The position numbers and the translations under genes were made by a program. 64,000 bases of DNA from Picochlorum sp. SENEW3 (lineage: Eukaryota). Positions 43,838 to 58,331 of the stretch are shown piece after piece. The DNA is taken from positions 868,001 through 932,000 of the forward strand of contig CP120457.1 in assembly GCA_034226945.1 (NCBI GenBank), in the 5' to 3' direction. Positions within the stretch are counted from its first letter, which is position 1. Every line of letters starts with the position of its first letter. Under the pieces are notes generated by a model, which saw nothing but the letters and a program-made list of their open reading frames with translations, was not told where the DNA came from and searched no databases.

Positions 43838-46800
43838 CTAGGTGTCTTGAAGTGAGCATTTGCCACACGTGAGCGCGCAATACCCGCCGCTTGTGATGTA
43901 GGCATCATTGCAGTTTCCATTGATGAGAACATTGTAGCAAAACTCTTCAATATTACTTCTGCCGGGGAATGGATAATAATCCCTACAATTGTCTGAAATT
44001 CTTGGATCAGAGGGGATAATGTCTTCACTCCTGGAGGTGGGAAGTGTCGCAGCACTGATTGCTTCAGGGGGCCCTGCTCTAGAGGGGAGTGATGCAAAGT
44101 CTGTATTCAGGTTTGTGTCTATATCGTAATGAAGGTCCCACCATCTCGTTCCATACACAGTAATATTGTCCAGCACTAGATTGAGGTTATTTTGCTGTGG
44201 ATCCACTAATTTCAAGTACAGATATGTGCCGTCAAAGAAGTATGACAATCCATTTCCATCTTGAAGGACTTCATTGAGGGATGAGACTTGGTTCACTTCC
44301 TCATTGAGATTGCTATACCATTTGAATATCCGTTGAATGGTAAACTGTGTTCCTGGAGGATACTGTGTGGCAAAAATAATGTACTTCTTGATGGGCAGCT
44401 GCGTGACCCAAAGTTCGAGTGATTTTGGGCTACCCTTGTCCAAACTTAGATACCAGCCTGTCGTGCCAGTCACGCCTGTGATTCCCTCATTGATGGTGAC
44501 TGTCATCCGTTTTTCTTCACTCCCGAATTGTGAAATATATCCTATATAGTTTGTTGGTGACGGAGGGAGGGCTTCTTCACGCTTCTTTGTGTAGCCTGGC
44601 ACTCGAGCATCTATCCTGGCAATGGCTTGTTGGGGTTGCTGAGGGCAGACCCAGGTGTTCCATACCTTTTGGAAGAAGCACCCAGGACTCACGTCCCACC
44701 ATGCAGGCCACCCACCAACAATCTGGTTTGATGTCTCTTCTACAGCACTTCCATCAACTGCTATGAAGTTAAACATACGACTAGATCCAGTTTCTTTCTT
44801 GTCCAAGCGGACAATTGCATCGTAGTCTACGTTTTCGTATGTAAAACTTTGTAATGCAGCCATCCCTTCTGGCTTGTATTGGTCAGAATGTGTCATTGAA
44901 TAGATGACACTTGGTCTGTAATACCCCAAATTTGGCAAGTATTTGAAGTTGGCAAACGCCATACGGTTTAATATTGTTTGTGTTCCTGTATCGTACATCT
45001 GGAATCCAGCCTGAGGTTCGAAATCCTCTCGATTCCCTGGGAAGTTGGCAGCCTCGGCATTTTTGGATTCTGCCGAGACAAAAGCCCCGTCCACAATGCT
45101 TTTGGAAAACAGCGTGAGTGATCGAATTGTGTCATATGATGTCCATTCTAGAACATTCATGCGATCACCCCAAAATAGTACCCCTGAGTTACAGAGCCAC
45201 ACCTTGTTGTTTCTCATTTCTGCTGTTTCTTGTGTGCTGCCATCCAAGCTCCTCGTTGGGAAACTGGCCCTTCCACTATTGTATATTAGTTTAAACTCGT
45301 AATTAGACAAGCTTTCTTCTCTCAAGCTGCCCCCCAAATACATGCATGAACCAGTTTGAAGACTAAAGTATCCAGAAGAATGAGCAGTGTTGCCAGTAAC
45401 GAGTGCAAATGGTCTGGTTGCTGGAGATATGTCAGCATTTCTGCTCATACCTACAGCTTTTGTCAGCACAGGGAAACTGAAGCCAGAAACACCACCCGAA
45501 GCAGCATTACCAATGACGATATTGTTGGGATTTGATATGTAAAATCCAGCTGCCCCTGCATCGGCAGGCTGGGACACCCCAGGCCTTTCTTCAAATGTCA
45601 TCCCATCTTGAGAGAACCCCGACGCAGGCGGCCCAATCGGATGAACAAATGCAGCCAAGTTACTCATGAAAACATTTTCTTCTTCCGCTCCATCCTCCAA
45701 ATAGAAGCAATGACCACTTGCATCGAATGCAACGTTTCTTTCCACAACAGTCTGACGAGTCCCATGAACAACAAAGCATCTATAATACGAACGATACACG
45801 ACATTATCGATAAAATACGACTCAGAAGATGCACCAAGCATATGAAAGTGGAATGGATATGCTCCTTTCACATTCCTCTGCCCAGCACGATATGTCAAGA
45901 GACCACGAATCCGTCCTCCACCACCCCCAAGGAATATCTGGGGTCCAATACCATTGTCCTCCGTACCCTTGGTCCCCATGAGAATGATGTTTCTAGACAT
46001 AAGAGCAATCTCTGATTGATATTCACCTCCCCTGCAGCAGATGGATACACACACACAAAGAATGAAACCAGAATGCAGTCATATAAAACCAGAATAAATA
46101 ATAAGCAAAGACTACATCGTACCCATAATGAGAGAACTGTAAAGAACTTTTGAGAGTTATTCTATTTCCAACAACCCTGTCAATCTCAACAATCTCATTC
46201 TCATTGAAAATCTCATCCTTGAATTGCGAGGTTGTGATCAATATCTGCTGGCCTGGCTGCCACGAATCTTCCACAGCACTGGTCTGCAGTACAATCACTG
46301 AATCACCCTTCTTGGCAGTCTCAGCCAATCGAGTCCAAGTAACACCGTAATCTCTACCATGAATATCGACCTCTCCCTTGTCAGATATAATCCCATATTC
46401 AAACTCGTCAATTTTCTCCGATGGTTCCATGACGATTTTAATCTGCGCTCCAATTCTACACGTATCAGACCCAATAGACAACTTCCCTCTCACCAATATA
46501 CTGGACACAAACAGCTCCATATCTTTGTTTGCAAAAACAAGTTCAGACGTCTCTGGAACCACAATCTGAGAAAACCGAGCCGTCTGACCCAATGTAGAAC
46601 AAGGCTCCAACAGCACCTTTCTTCCAATAGGAATCACAATTCGCCCCTGGTCTGATCGATACCCACCTCCCCACATATCCCGATCACACCAACTCAACAT
46701 ATCATCCTGCAAATGAGGACATCCTCGCTCCTTTTCAAGGCCTGCAGGCACCTTGATATCAGCAACAGCATACACAGGACCATTGTTCTCTTGACCTTGT

Positions 46801-47315
46801 GCAAACTGATCCCTCAACTCCTGCACCTTGCCCACCACTCCATTTGGAGAGTAATAGAAACTTGTATCGCCCACTGCATCCGAAAATTTCGGTTCAGGAT
46901 ACTCGAGAACAGGGGCATCCCGCCGACGAACATCATCCTCATCATCTGCAGTCATGCAGCCCTCCATAGAGTCATACGCACTATGCGATGTGCACTGCAG
47001 ACAATTTTGCCTCTCTCCTGGAGTACCAGAGCAATCAGCTCGTAAGCACACACACGACCGCACGGGGTACCTTGTGACTGGAACATAACACCGAAACAAC
47101 CCTTCCTGCACGCCATCATCATTCACCTGTGCTGGAATATACCTGGACGACAACGTATCCTCTTGTCCATTCAAACACAGCGCTAGGTCATCTATAGACC
47201 CATATGAGGGGGTATTCTCCCATTCATTAGAACCTGTTGCCACACAAACACCCTGGAGTAGTAGGACGTGTACTGCCAGGACGCTGAGCAGAACTACCCA
47301 GGCCTTCACTGCCAT
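43838..47315 (-). CDS. Secreted G8-domain / parallel beta-helix protein (CEMIP/TMEM2/PKHD1-like); intron 46122-46032
   Basis: Signal peptide; G8-like ILVRGKLSIGS...TWTRLAETAKKG; YPFHFH, VVHGT and GHCFYLEDGAEE motifs; Cys-rich C-terminus. Confidence 0.85.
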
Positions 47316-47753
47316 ATCGCACTAGAAAGTGTATTAAAAAATTCCACACACTCCTTTTTTGTAACGTTGCTACTGGAAAGATTGCCTGAATCTACGAGAG
47401 GTGGTACTTCCACGTGACAAAGACACTGCGTTCATTTCTGCCTACAATATCACCATGAAATACCCTCGTTTCCCATCCATGACTCAAAGAATATTATTTA
47501 TTGTATCGAGAGATCAGAATTGAGGAATATCATGCAACTGAGGCTAATCTCATCTCCATCGATTCGTTCAAGAAGGACGTGGGTCAAGTGCAGTTGACCC
47601 CACTGATCCGTGGCTTCTCTTCTCTTCGAAGAGATTGGCAGTTCCCATCATAGATGGCCTTTGACCGATTCTCAATTCTGAACAGGTTCTAACATGAAGC
47701 AGGGTCTCATCTGTCGTATCCTCCATAAAATTCACATAGATAAACATCTAAAA

Positions 47754-49611
<1,858 letters not shown>

Positions 49612-49642
49612 TACCATGTACATGTAAAATAAATACTGCGAA

Positions 49643-51408
49643 TCAGGCTGATTTTCCAAGCATGTTGAGCATATCACCAACCAAATACAGGCTACCTGTG
49701 ATAAGTACATGAATCTTTTTATTTGGGAATGCCTTTGATTTCATTCTCACGCGATGAAGAGTGTCAGATAATGATTTTGACACGACATGCGAACATCCAG
49801 GCTTTGAATCTCCTGGTTGTCCAGTAGAAAACCGAGCCTCATACAGTCGCTGCCACGTGTCCTTCAACGTGCCTTGCCATGTCGTATCGATCATATCGTT
49901 GGGTGTATTTAGTTTCGTATACGAAGACATAGTAGGCGAAAAGATAATTTCCTGAGGCAGGGTGTTGTGCTCATGCAGCGTTGTCTGTAAGGGCTCAAGC
50001 AGAGATGCAGGATCCCTTTCCTCCATACAATTAAAAATAATGAATCTTTCGATGATGCTGTTTCGTTCCCGAGATTTCGATGCCGAAGAAAACCATGAAG
50101 CACACGCAGCTAGACTTTCGGAGGTGTGTGCACCATCAACAAAATATGTAATATTGTCCTCCTGTGCATCATCAAATATCTCTGCTCTCCCTGGCCATCG
50201 GGCAGACTCTATACCTTTTCTATATTCCTTAGGAATGCAAAAATCCTTTAAAATGCTATCTGATCTCTCAGACGCCATCCCATCACCAGACAAGTATTTC
50301 CCATACCGGGATTCCCACACAGCTGCAAGCCGAACAGCCAGCGCAGTATTTTCAATCTGATGCTCCCCTGCCAGCCCTATTTTGATCTCTGAACCACTCC
50401 GTTTTGTTCCTGTAGCATCAAAATAATGATATAGATCCATCTTTGGAACTACTTCCAAGGGAGTTTGCTTTTCTTGTGCAACAGTCTCCAATGTCTCCAT
50501 GGCATCATCCCTCTGTGGCACAGTATAGGCAGGACACCCAGCTTTGAAAATGCCCGCCTTTTCTCGCGATATTTCAGGCAGCGTATATCCTAGAACATTC
50601 ATGTGATCAAACCCCAGAGCCGTCACTCCACAGACAACAGGCTCCCGTACACAATTGGTTGCATCCAACCGCCCTCCCAACCCAACCTCTAGTATGGCCA
50701 CGTCCACGCTCAACTCCAAGAAAATTCTAAAGCATAAGAGTGTCAAGAATCTAAAATATGCAGGCTTTCCAGAATCTTCACCCGTCTTTTCATCTAATAT
50801 AGAGTATGTTTCAAACAAATGTTTCAAAAATGTGTCCTTGTCAATCTTTTGACTGCATACATACAATACGATTTTGATGATATTGCATCCACACGATGAA
50901 AAGAATAGCCAGATATTAAAAAAATCCACCCACCCGTTGATTCGTATCCGCTCCCGCACATCAATCAAATGCGGAGACGTGAACAACCCTGTCCTGTACC
51001 CACACTGTCTCAGAATACTCTCCACAATGGCACATGTAGATCCCTTTCCTTTAGTACCCGCAACATGAATAGCATGCAGTTTCGGCAACGTATCAACGAG
51101 ATCAAGCCTCTGCAGAAGCAATCATGTCATTATATATCCGCCATTGCGTGTAAACATATGGCAAGAACACTGGTCAGTGACCCTGCTCTTCTCGAGTATG
51201 TTTTCGAAATCAAACAGGCTAGCTACAAAAGTCGACATCCCGACACAAATCATACGTATCAACATACCTCAAGATAGCATTGCATCATGTCAAATGCGTG
51301 CTCCCATTGTGTCCCGTCTTGGCGTTTCTTACCGGTAATGAGAGACTCGAGAAGCCGCAGGCCTCTGTCATAGTCGTCATCATTACCTCTAATGACACCA
51401 TCTGCCAT
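49643..51408 (-). CDS. FPGS: Folylpolyglutamate synthase; exons 51408-51268, 51109-50934, 50852-49643
   Basis: HVAGTKGKGST, FTSPHL, EVGLGGRLDATN, WPGR, DGAHT and TGSLYLVG motifs. Confidence 0.93.
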
Positions 51409-51884
51409 TTTAACGATGAAATTCTATCGAATAAATACCAGCCTCATAGGAAGAGGCTTCCCCACAAATCACCAATCCTGAAAACTGATCAGTATTGTTT
51501 CCACATGCATGTGCCACAGGACTGTGATACATCACCAGTGATATTCATTCACCCAAGGTGGATCATTGAACAGTAGGAGGACGTGGTTCAACTTTGCCAA
51601 AGGCGACTCTGTTCGTACAGATCTGCCTGTCCAGATGGCATGATTATTAGTATTGGAAGAGACACTGACAGATTCCAAAGGCCTGAATCCGATGTGTTTG
51701 GTACAGCCATGGCCTCTGTGTCCATGGCTACCTTGATCAGAGGGATAGCGACGAAGTTCCTTGTATTAAAGTATAGCTCCAGTGGGTTACAATAGTCTAC
51801 TTGGTAGAACCAAGGAATATATACACCATCCCTGTGGAGACATGCAAATGAGATGACGTCAGAAACATTGACGGTTGCGTGTCT

Positions 51885-53319
51885 CTAAAACATGATATGA
51901 TACAAGGTGACGATTGAGTAAAGATTCAACATGAGGACTTTTGTTACCCCTGCTGAGGAAGAGGCTGTGTCCTGGGATGCATCAGCAGATGAGTCAACCT
52001 CACCAGTCATTGTGCTACTCGAACTCTTCAATCTATTCTCAAATAGACCCAATATCAATGAATTCCCAGATTCAATGGCATACATTGTTACCGGAGCACC
52101 ACCCCCATCTCCTGTTGCAGCCAATGATGGCGGGAGGCTTATTGATTGACCAGAAAGCCAGGTTCCATTAGTGGCTTGATAGACGGGATTTGGGATACTA
52201 AAATCAGACGTTGCCCGTAAAATGACATATGGAATGGCTATACCCGTAATATTTTGTGCCATACGTAGTGCAGCCATGAACCCGATGCCTTCCATTGCTG
52301 TGGCAGCAACTGTCTCTGTAGTGTTTGGTGCACCACCAACAGCGTTTGAAACAAAACCGCGTGCCTGAGTATCCCAAGGAGTGCCAGTCCACCAGTAGAC
52401 GCTGTCAACTTCCGCACACTCATTCCTTCCAAAAACCCTTGGTGCTGCAGCGGTATCAATAGTCCATGTTCTATTTATCCCCTGTGTCACATTGCCCCAA
52501 TACCATCCTAAATATTCCTGGACGCCCTCTGGAGGAGGAGCCACTTTATTTGTGTAATTTTGAGCAGCATACATTTCATCCGCAAGATCCAACGATTTTT
52601 GGTCTGGATCATTCACGAAACAGTCCCAACCCCTGTATGACGCAGATGATGCATCTTGGAGTGCATCCTGAAATGGAGCATCTGGGCTCCCTGCCAAGGA
52701 GCATTCGTTCGGCCAATTAGCCGCGGTATCACTCCATTCAGCACCCTGACAATCCCAATTGATGGCATGGTTCGTAATGCAAATATCACCATATCGAACG
52801 AGATCGCCTTCTTCTACAGGTGGGGTGCAATCTGAGGGAGGATTCAGGATACCGCCTTTTCTTGGAGAAAATCCGGCTGTGCCAAAAAACATGGTTTCTT
52901 TGATGTACTCCGAGCATGTGAGAACTTCAAATACACAAAGTTGAGCCGTCGATGGACCCTCCCCAGTCGTAACAAGCACTACCTTTGATGAGAATAAGTC
53001 CCCCCTCACAGCAGAGAAGCATGCTGGAAATGTCACATTCTTGGCGTTCTGTAAAGATTGGAGGATGAAATAGTTCTCCCCAATTCCTCCATACTGTAGC
53101 CCAGGATCGGCTGTGAATATCACAGAAACATCTGTTCCTCCAAGTAACTCGGTGCACTGTTCTTTGCTGGACAGGTATGGCAGAGCATTCTCACCACCTG
53201 CAGGATCGCTCGCAATGAATCAGATATGATATGATTCTTATAAATAATATTCTGATGAAGTATGACGGACCGTATACCGAAACAAAAAGAGCCGAAAGAA
53301 GAAGAACGGTATTAATCAT
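51885..53319 (-). CDS. Secreted, possibly GPI-anchored nucleoside phosphorylase-fold protein (purine nucleoside permease NUP-like); exons 53319-53271, 53197-51885
   Basis: Signal peptide MINTVLLLSALFVSVYG; VTTGEG, GTAG, AMEGIGF and LRATSDF motifs; Ser/Thr-rich then hydrophobic C-tail. Confidence 0.7.
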
Positions 53320-53857
53320 CCGTGACGGTGTTAAACCCAAAACGACGATGGCAGATGGATGAACAGCTATACATTACAGAGAAATTAGTATGACATCATG
53401 TTAAACCATACCGATTGGCGACAAGGAAGGCGATCGCATCAACGCCATCGATGGCGATATCGGCAACGCGATGGCCGGTACAATCCTTCTTCCCAGGTGA
53501 ACGCAAGCTCAACTAGGATATGCAGGAAATGAGCGTTTCACCTGATACAATGCTCGAAGATGAGAGCAAATATCAAAGCATTTCCACTTTTTGTAGGGAA
53601 TAATCTACCATGCCATGACGCCGCTGGTTCTCAGCATGCCGTATTTTTCAGATGTCACCGCTCTAACACTGTTATGTTACAGGCCATCTGGTGTAACGTA
53701 ATATCATGCGTCGCCAAGATACTCAAATTTGAGCCGACTTCTCTACCCTCACTAATAATTTGAATATCATATAACGAATCTGAGCACTCTGATCCTAAAT
53801 CAGTAGTATCAGCCTGCTTCTCAGAATCGTGCGCTTAGTTACTAACGGTAGAGCAGC

Positions 53858-55586
53858 ATGTTCGACACTATGGCTCTTGTACTTGTGCTGCTGTTCACTT
53901 TCCTATCGATGTATGTCGTGGCAGATGCTGAGGCAGATCTAATTCCTGTAGCGTATGGGCAGCGAGAGTCGACGCTTAGTGGGATGTGCTTTCAGAGCAA
54001 CATTCTGGATGGATCAACTTTGAAAGCTCTGCGACAAAAAATTGTCAAATTTAATCTGAGGAAGACGTACGACATGCATACATTGAATGCAGGATGACTT
54101 TATCACAAACCTTGCTGATGAGCAAATGAATACTTCATTTATATTGTTACCATGCAGCATGTACAGAGATGCAGACATAATTGCCGTGTACAAGTTGGAT
54201 AGACCTGGGCATAAGAGCCTTGCCGGTTGCGCGAATGCTTGTCTCTTGAACTGGAGATTGACAAATGACAATAGTCAAGCTCTTGATACTGACTGTTCCG
54301 TACCCGATAACAGCCACTGTCCCATGACATCAGACATCATTGTTGCTGACAGAAAGTGTGAGGCATTTATGTTCAATCGCCTGACTGGTGTGTGTTATTT
54401 GCTTTCTGGTGAAGAGCCCTTGACACTTATTGAGAGTAGAAATTTTTGGTCTGGAAAGCTTGTTTGTGAGGACATGAGTGGCGTTGATGAATGGGCACAA
54501 GGTGTTGTAAGCAGGCGTAGCCCACCACCTCCTGCTCTTCCACCACCTCCTCCACCTGTTGATTGGACTTTGGTAGGCACAGCTAGTTTCACTGCTGCAG
54601 ATGCTTACAGCGAGAGTCTTGCCCTTGACTCATCTAATATGCCGTATGTGGCATATCAAGATTCAGCCAATGGTTTGAAGGCTTCAGTGATGAAATTTGA
54701 TGGCAATAACTGGGTACAAGTGGGCAGTGCTGGCTTCACTGCTGGCGTTGCTACAGATATCAGTCTTGCCCTTGACTCATCTAATATGCCGTATGTGGCA
54801 TATCAAGATTCAGCCAATGGTTTGAAGGCTTCCGTGATGAAATTTGATGGCAATAACTGGGTGCAAGTGGGCAGTGCTGGCTTCAGTGACGGTCTGGCTG
54901 CCTTTGTTGTTATTGCCTTGGACTCTTTTGACACACCATATGTGGCATTCAGGGACGCTGCGCGCAGCTACAGGGCTTCTGTGATGAAGTTGAGCGGAAC
55001 CAGCTGGGTACAGGTGGGAAGTACTGACGCAAGTCCTAGTCTTGTCTACGGCATCAGCTTGGCTTTAGACTCTTCCAATATTCCATATGTGGCATATGTG
55101 GACGGTGGTTTGTCAAATAAGGCCTCTGTAGTAAAACTCACTGGCAACAACTGGGTACTGGTTGGTAGTGCTGGCTTCAGTGCAGGACAGGCAGAATACG
55201 TCAGTCTTGCTCTAGACTCGTCGAACGCTCCATATGTTGCATACAAGGATCTACAAAACGGTGATAAAGCATCTGTGATGAAATTTGATGGCAACAACTG
55301 GGTACTGGTTGGTATTGCTGGCTTCAGTGCAGGAGAGGTTCAGTTTGTTAGTCTTGCTCTAGACTCGTCGAACACTCCATATGTTGCATACCAGGATAAA
55401 CAAAACGGTAACAAAGCATCTGTGATGAAATTTGATGGCAATAACTGGGTGCAAGTGGGCAGTGCTGGCTTCAGTGCAGGAGTTGTTTACTTTACTAGTA
55501 TTGCCCTTGACTCATCCAACAGGCCATATGTGGCATATCAAGACTCTGGTAGTGGGAATGGGGCATCTGTCATGAAGTATGGCTGA
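53858..55586 (+). CDS. Secreted protein: Cys-rich PAN/apple-like domain, Pro linker, seven 49-aa beta-propeller repeats; probable intron 54067-54157
   Basis: Signal peptide; CANAC...CEAFMF...CYL; SPPPP linker; repeat SLALDSSNxPYVAYQDxxNGxKASVMKFDGNNWVQVGSAGFSAG. Confidence 0.8.
54615..55583 (+). repeat. 147-bp coding tandem repeat, about 7 units
   Basis: Units starting 54615 and 54762 are nearly identical at DNA level; later units also pair closely. Confidence 0.9.
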
Positions 55587-56072
55587 TGATGCTACATTCC
55601 ATACGCTGTGTCACATCTTCATGCTCGCGTTGACATCGCCATGTATCATATGCGAGAGCTTGACCGTTTGATCAACCCATCTGCAAGTAAAAGTGGCAAC
55701 CCATGGGTCAACGATGGACATTGTTCTCATTCTCTATTGAACTGGTGTCAGATGGCACCACATGTTGGTGATCAACAGTTTCATATGAAACCTATTGACA
55801 TAAACTTGATCCCCATATCTCACCGTTTTATGGGGCCTCTTTAATCGATAGGATGTGCCAACAGTTGCCTATTCACAATGGTGCCATGCTTTGACAGATG
55901 GGGGGACCCTACGAGGAGTCTGCACAGGAAAAAAGACTGTCGTTGACTCGATCACATATTCGCCTTCTATCATCGTTTGGATGGATATAAACTCGTAACG
56001 ACCATTACAAGTCATGTAATACATGGAAGTCTGACTTTTTTTGTTGTTATTATAGATACATACTGAAGCACC

Positions 56073-57505
56073 ATGCAGGAGACACATCCCACTATTCTTG
56101 CCGGCAGTCTGTGGTTTGATACCAAGGATCTCATGGAATCTTTTCACCAAAAGATAGAAAACGACAAAAACATATATTTTGAGAAGGTGAGGCGTTTCCT
56201 GGACGATGCAGCAGTAGACCAGCATGGTCACGACACAGAAATCATTTGTAGGCGAGCTCTGTCGTTAGCAGAGACTGCCGAGGTTGAATTGATGGAGAAG
56301 CTTCCCTCATGCATACTTTATAATTTCGACAACCCTAATACGCGTATGCATGTTGACGGAGATGACGGGTATCAGTCATGCATGGAGATGTTACATGGCA
56401 TGCATGTGAGGCTCCATGCTGCCATGTTACAACAGGCGAGTGAGCGAGTTCACCAAAAAGACGAATTACATGGGCTATGCGCTCATGCTTCTCTGGTAAC
56501 ACAAGACTTTTCAGTATGTTTGATTGATCATATGCAAGAAGCTTTGCTGGCACTGTTGGCCCGGAAGAAGCATCATGCAGAGACATGGCAATCGACCGTT
56601 GTTCGTCTGTGCTACGAGAAGATGAATAGATCTGATGACAATATACAAAACACCATAGAAATGGCATATGATATGGAGAGTACAATGGAGCATGCCATTA
56701 GACGGGGCATTCAGGATAGATTGGAGTTGGAACAAGATGTCATCTCAGGTGTTTCTACTGATATCAACCAACGAATTGAGCAAACGAAAACACGTCTGGA
56801 GGCAATCAAAGCGATGGAGGAAGAAATACATGAGAAAAGTGCGTCATTTGTATGACATAAATGTGCTGTCCTTGTCATACATTCTGCTACATCACTGATG
56901 CTGTTGTTTGTGCAGAATGCTCAGTCAAAAGACTTGTAAAGGACGTCGAACGCGAAGAACATGCCCTCCAAAAGATGAAGAGCTCACACAAGCAACAAAT
57001 GGACCATGTACGGGCCAATCAAGAGTGCATGAGAAAAGTGCAGGACCGTATCCAAGCTCGCCATGACAAGGCTGCTTCCCTTCTGCAAAAGATGTCTGAC
57101 AAGAAGAGATTACTACGACAGAGCCAAAGATATGTGCAAGCAAGAAACAAGGTATGATCTATCTCGTTGATATCACGAAGAGCAATGCTAATCCAATGTC
57201 TCTGGATGCAGTTGGTCCGATACAAGATGTCCTGTTTCAAAGTCTTGCACACTCGACTACAGAATGCCTTGTTGTCCATGCCCAATACAAATTCATGCCT
57301 GGAATGCCTGGATTCCTCATTGACAGATCTCAGAACATATCTGGAACAATTTGAAGGCGCCTCTGTCAGCCATAGCGACGTTGATACACTTGACCAAGGA
57401 TGGAGTACAGCGTCCTTTTGGGAGTCAATTGGAGACGTGGCAGTACCACGCAAGGTTCGAAGATTTCTTATAGAACGACAGCAGGCTCCATCGCCGATAC
57501 ATTAA
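56073..57505 (+). CDS. Hypothetical coiled-coil protein; exons 56073-56838, 56916-57151, 57212-57505
   Basis: Three ORFs joined by phase-compatible GT-AG introns; helical, heptad-rich composition. Confidence 0.65.
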
Positions 57506-57675
57506 TTGTATTATTATTACTGTTACTGGTATTATTATTGTCATAATGGTGGTCGTAGAACGTCCATCTGGAGAGTCGTAGCGACATTGTGAACGAGTGA
57601 ATCATGCCTTTCGGTACTAACGGATTCCGTATGTTGTTTTCCCTATCGATTGATACCCTGATCATCATCTAATAA

Positions 57676-58263
57676 ATGCTGCATGTACCATCTATAGGAG
57701 GTGCTCCCGTGTCCAAGGGTCTTCTCATCCTCATAACGACTGTGTCTCTGCTTGTCAGCCTCTCTGCAAAGCCCTCTAGACGACGAAATAGTGGGCTCCT
57801 TCGTGGTATCACACATGCATTTGGATTTCAGTACATTGGTGAATGGTTTATAGCAGCCTCTCTGCTGTACCAGTTCCGTGTGAATGAGCGCCAGATGGGA
57901 CCAGGAAAATATGCAGTCTTCATCATGGTGTGTTCCTGCATTGGCTATGGAATGCAGCAGCTATTGTTCAAGTTTGGAGGAATATCGAGCGCAGCGGGCA
58001 TATATCCTATTGTATTCGGGAATATTGTGGAATATTATTTGGAAATACCGAGCCAGAGTTCATTCCAGGTGTCTGGAATGACAATGTCAGACAAGATATT
58101 TCTGTATGTTGCTGCACTGAAATTAGCATGGTCGGTGTCTCAGAAATCCCTTTGGGCTGCAGTGTCTGGTATACTGGGCGGAGTGCTGTATCGATGTAAT
58201 ATATTAGACTGTCAAAACAGCAGGGTGCCAGACAGCATTGAGTCTCTCTTCTTTTCAATATGA
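57676..58263 (+). CDS. Rhomboid-like pseudoprotease, UBAC2/Dsc2-like (no UBA domain visible)
   Basis: APVSKGL, LLYQFRVNERQMGPGKY and SDKIFLY motifs; multiple TM segments. Confidence 0.7.
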   Translation: MLHVPSIGGAPVSKGLLILITTVSLLVSLSAKPSRRRNSGLLRGITHAFGFQYIGEWFIAASLLYQFRVNERQMGPGKYAVFIMVCSCIGYGMQQLLFKFGGISSAAGIYPIVFGNIVEYYLEIPSQSSFQVSGMTMSDKIFLYVAALKLAWSVSQKSLWAAVSGILGGVLYRCNILDCQNSRVPDSIESLFFSI

Positions 58264-58331
58264 GAATGTTTGAAAACACACACATCAAAGATCAGTTGTT
58301 TGACACAACATGTAAAACAAAATGTACTAGT

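Noticed and set aside
54615..55583. Regular repeats as a possible CRISPR array
   Set aside because: 147-bp in-frame coding units with no unique spacers and no cas genes, in a eukaryotic context
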